A DNA stretch of 64,000 bases from the NCBI GenBank assembly GCA_018398765.1, contig JAHBMJ010000101.1, positions 62,001 to 126,000 of the forward strand, written 5' to 3'. Of this stretch, positions 60,371-64,000 are shown one piece after another (positions within the stretch are counted from its first letter, which is position 1; each line of letters starts with the position of its first letter). Under the pieces are notes generated by a model. It was not told the DNA's origin. It searched no databases and saw nothing but the letters and a program-made list of their open reading frames with translations. This DNA comes from Chromera velia (taxonomy: Eukaryota). A program made the translations under genes and the position numbers.

Positions 60371-63300
60371 GGGACAATCTGTTCCCCACTTTTCCCCCCC
60401 TGTGGCTCCTCCAGGGGGGCGTTTGTGCCTCCGTTCATTTGCTTCGCCTCTCTCCTTCTGACGGTCGGAGCGTGGAGGTACAACTCTCAAACGGCGTGAG
60501 GGGACAGTTATCGATACACCGAAAAACACATGCATGCGCTTTTCTTTCTTTCTTTCTGGTGAGACCTTCTTCTCAGTCCCGCACGCCTGCTACCCTTACA
60601 GCAAGAAAATCCAGGACTTTGGCTAGGCAGTTGAACCAAAGGGCTGCTGCTCACAATACATATCATGACATCTCACGATACATGAAGGAAGGACTCGACA
60701 GCTGCAGGCGAGAAATGCATGGTTATATATATAGAGGCATGGCGACATGCACTGCATGCGTGGGGCGACACGCGGACCCGCGCCGCGCGGCCGCTAGCGC
60801 GCGGGCCGGTCCTGCATGCTGCATGCATGCATGTGTCGACCCGCGCGGTCATCGCGCGGTCGAATAAAGAGCGCGCTGCACGGTGGTAAAACCCCACTAT
60901 CTTCTGCAAGGTTCCCAGCCGTTCACATGTACATATACTGAAATGCTCCCAGGGAGTATGCCGTGGCCCCCAAAAGTTCATAAGCTATTGAAAGTTCAAT
61001 TTCGTTGGCCGGCTCCGCCGGCGGCCATGGTATCTGACGGGTTGATGCCCCAGACCATTGGCCAGCTCCGCTGACGGCCACAGCAGGTAACGGCAGGGGC
61101 TAGCTGAGGATGTAAACTCTCCATTTTTTCGTGAGTACTTGAGTATTGGGGGGTACTACCTAGTACTACTACTTTAACATACTGTCGGCCAGGGGCCAGA
61201 TACACACAGGAGTCGGGCATCGTGACTGCGAGATACATGAAAAGACACATACTACATGCCACCCGTCTGCCATCAACGACACCAACCCCCCTCTTTTCCC
61301 TTACAGCGTCTGAATACGATTTATCATATTTCGAATGACCAGGTGTTTTCAGCCACCTTACAGTCTTCTTTTCCTTCTTTTGTCTATCACAGCAGTCACC
61401 AGCTTTCTCAAATGTCACCTCAAACATGAAGCAGCACAAGAAAGCAACCCAACCTCACTACTGAATTGATGCAGCCACCCACGCAATACCATTTAATCCA
61501 GAATATGAAGACTCAAGAGCCTCCCTTAAGTGAGATGATCCTACGAGAGTACAAGTCGACACGACCAAGAGAATTACATACATACTGTTTCGTTAATGCG
61601 CGTCTCTACCTATACAGCAAGTGCAGTAATGATAATTTGATCTCGAATAGGCTTCCTCCCACCTGCTATGATAAACACTCCTTCTTGACTGCAGTTTCTC
61701 ATTCAAAATACGATCGTTTTTCTTTTTTTTTTTACTTCCTGCATCCATGACATCTCAACCGAGCAAGCATAGGTAACCTCCCGGAATTTATCAGCTGAAT
61801 TTCTGAGGAGAAGCAGCTTTTCTTCAGGTATGCCCTAAGGCTTTCTCTTTCTCAATCAGTCTGCCACCAAATATCACTTTCTTCACTTTTTCCTTTTCTT
61901 TTCCCACTTTTTTTTTTATTTACTTTTCCCCCTCAACTCAGACAGACAGCGGGAAAGTAAAGACAACAGACAATACAAGACAGAGACAGTCAGAGAAGCG
62001 ACACACTCACATTCACCCTATACACATCGGATTCCCGGCTGAAGTCATCAGTCCCCAGGCAGTACTGAAGACATACGGCCTCTCCTTTCCCTGCCCGACT
62101 ATCATTCCCTCATACAGTCACTTCTCTTCTTCTCATTATTGCCTCTTCTCTTTTGTGCTTATATCTCTTCTCTTCGGCAATCTCCTCTTACCACAATAAA
62201 CTAACAGTCTTCTCACCTCCAACTTCCTTTCCCTCCTCTTTTTTCCTTTTTTCTCTTTGCTTCCCAATTGCCTTGGCCCCCATGACTCATTCCTATTATG
62301 AAGACACAATACAGTCAGGATATACAGTGAAATACAGTCAGACATACCAGCCACCAGACTTAACCACCTCAACACATACACTTCATCCATATTTCATCCT
62401 TCTTCCCCCCGAAAACAAATTTCCCAAATTTAACCCTCAACCAAAAGAACAACAATCCAGGAGTTCACTGACTTGGAGATGTACAGCAGCCGTAGTGCCC
62501 CCATGGCACTACTGAGCATTTAGAAACGCGGCACACATAGTTGTGAGCAAAGATAAACTTTAAATTAAAAGACCACACACCTCCAGTCACCACAACCAAA
62601 CCCCCACTCCACAAGATGCTCTTCCTTCTTCTATCCTCAACAACTCACAGAACAAAAGTAACCAAGTGCATCTCCTACATCACCTGGGCGCGTTCCTTGT
62701 AGGCCTGGACACCTTATGCTTCTTTGCGGCACATCAACAGAGACGGCAGTCAGTCAGTCACTTCAGTCAATTAGACTAAATGGTCTCCCTCCTCAAGCTT
62801 GTCCTTCTGGACCCTCGATCATCTCCAGTGGGCCAGCAACCTAGCTTGAGTTCCGAAGACTCCCTCAGCGTAACTGGAACAAAAAGAAACAACAAGGTCA
62901 CTCGTATTTGGAAGAGAGTATCAACTGAACAACAATTTTTCACTCCACAACGAACAACACGAAGGAGACGAAATCTCTTTTCCTTCAATAAATTTTCCAC
63001 TGACGAACTGGCACTGCACTTTTTTTAGCGCAGGCCTTGCGTACAGTGGTAAGAATTCTCTGTCTAATCTGATTGTTCATCAATACAACAAAGTTTGTAA
63101 TCTATCAATACAATAAAGTTTGTAATCCACACCACATCTGCCTCCTTGTGTTGCCAGAAGCTCTGCTAACCAATCTGTTAACTATGTACGTACGGGGCTA
63201 CAGGGCTAGGGAACTACGAGGTTAGCAGTGTGGTGGGCTAGACAGAGAGATACAGAGAGGTGCTCAATCAGACATTCTTACAGGGAGTTCCATCTTAGAG

Positions 63301-64000
63301 TTCTGACAGCAACGACTCATGCCAATTATATAGCTTCTACTGCTTTCCAGGCTTTCCCTTACTTGGCTACAGAACGTGTGCATCGCTTCGTATCTCGACC
63401 AATGCACTGACGCACGCGCTCATCAATCCCGCGCCCATACTCCAAGCGAGCAGCCCGCCATTGGCAAGCGACTAAGTCCCACGCCAGCCTGGCGGCGGCG
63501 CCTCGTACAGGCCCTACAGGTAGTGTGGGGCAGTGAGACGGGAAAAGATGAAGCAATGCAAATAAATGCAAACGATGTGAGATGATGTGAGACCGTGAAA
63601 CAGGGAGAAAGGAAACAATGAAAACGATGTGGGGCAGTACGTAGGACACCTGAATCAGAGGGAGAAAAGAACGAAAGAGAAGCAATGCAAACGATGTGGA
63701 CCGCTCTTAAAGCGAAGTAGATGAAAGAAAGTGGCAGACGGAGAATAGGGAAAGAAAATACCATTGGAAGGCGGATTGCATGCTATGCCGGCACAAAAGA
63801 AGATCACAGTCCGACTTATTTACTAGCTTATTTATGCAAATCTGTCCCTCGTTTCTCTCTCTCTTCACTCTCCCCTAATTCTCCCATGTGTGTTTGTTCT
63901 GTTTGCTGCTTGGCAATGCATCGTCATTCCTTCCTGCGGGCGATTGAGAGCTTCGCCCTTCCAATCTTCCCAGCCACTTCTGCCCGACCCCTCCACTTCT

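Noticed and set aside
61100..63100. Possible gag/pol remnant in the C/A-rich region
   Set aside because: Looks repeat-derived, but I could not identify any diagnostic protein motif or termini.

Overview
Intron-rich, microsatellite-rich eukaryotic DNA. It is most consistent with an alveolate of the chromerid type (Chromera-like); this is an inference from an apicomplexan-style sortilin, an RI-type LRR gene and the intron style. I assembled five genes by hand: a 7-exon NAD(P)-dependent epimerase/DFR-like extended SDR (-), splicing factor SF3A3/Prp9 (+, 9 exons), a multi-TM protein with tandem PAS/PAC-like units (-), a ~44-exon VPS10/sortilin receptor spanning 19 kb (+), and an LRR protein (-). 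A low-complexity ORF lies at the left edge. The intergenic blocks are TpA-rich and hold a decayed Ty1/copia RT-RNaseH fragment, a 232-bp MITE with five TGCGGC-N8-TCAAG sites, tandem repeats and two assembly gaps. The most striking signal is that repeated DNA carries a strongly biased C:G->T:A mutation spectrum at CpA/TpG and CpG. Three 370-bp tandem copies have 30 transitions among 32 variable sites, and copia stop codons fall at Gln codons. This resembles fungal repeat-induced point mutation (RIP) in what appears to be a non-fungal genome. The mutation load fades toward the neighbouring promoter, and a conserved GGGGGCCACGGCA element sits at or near several of these borders.
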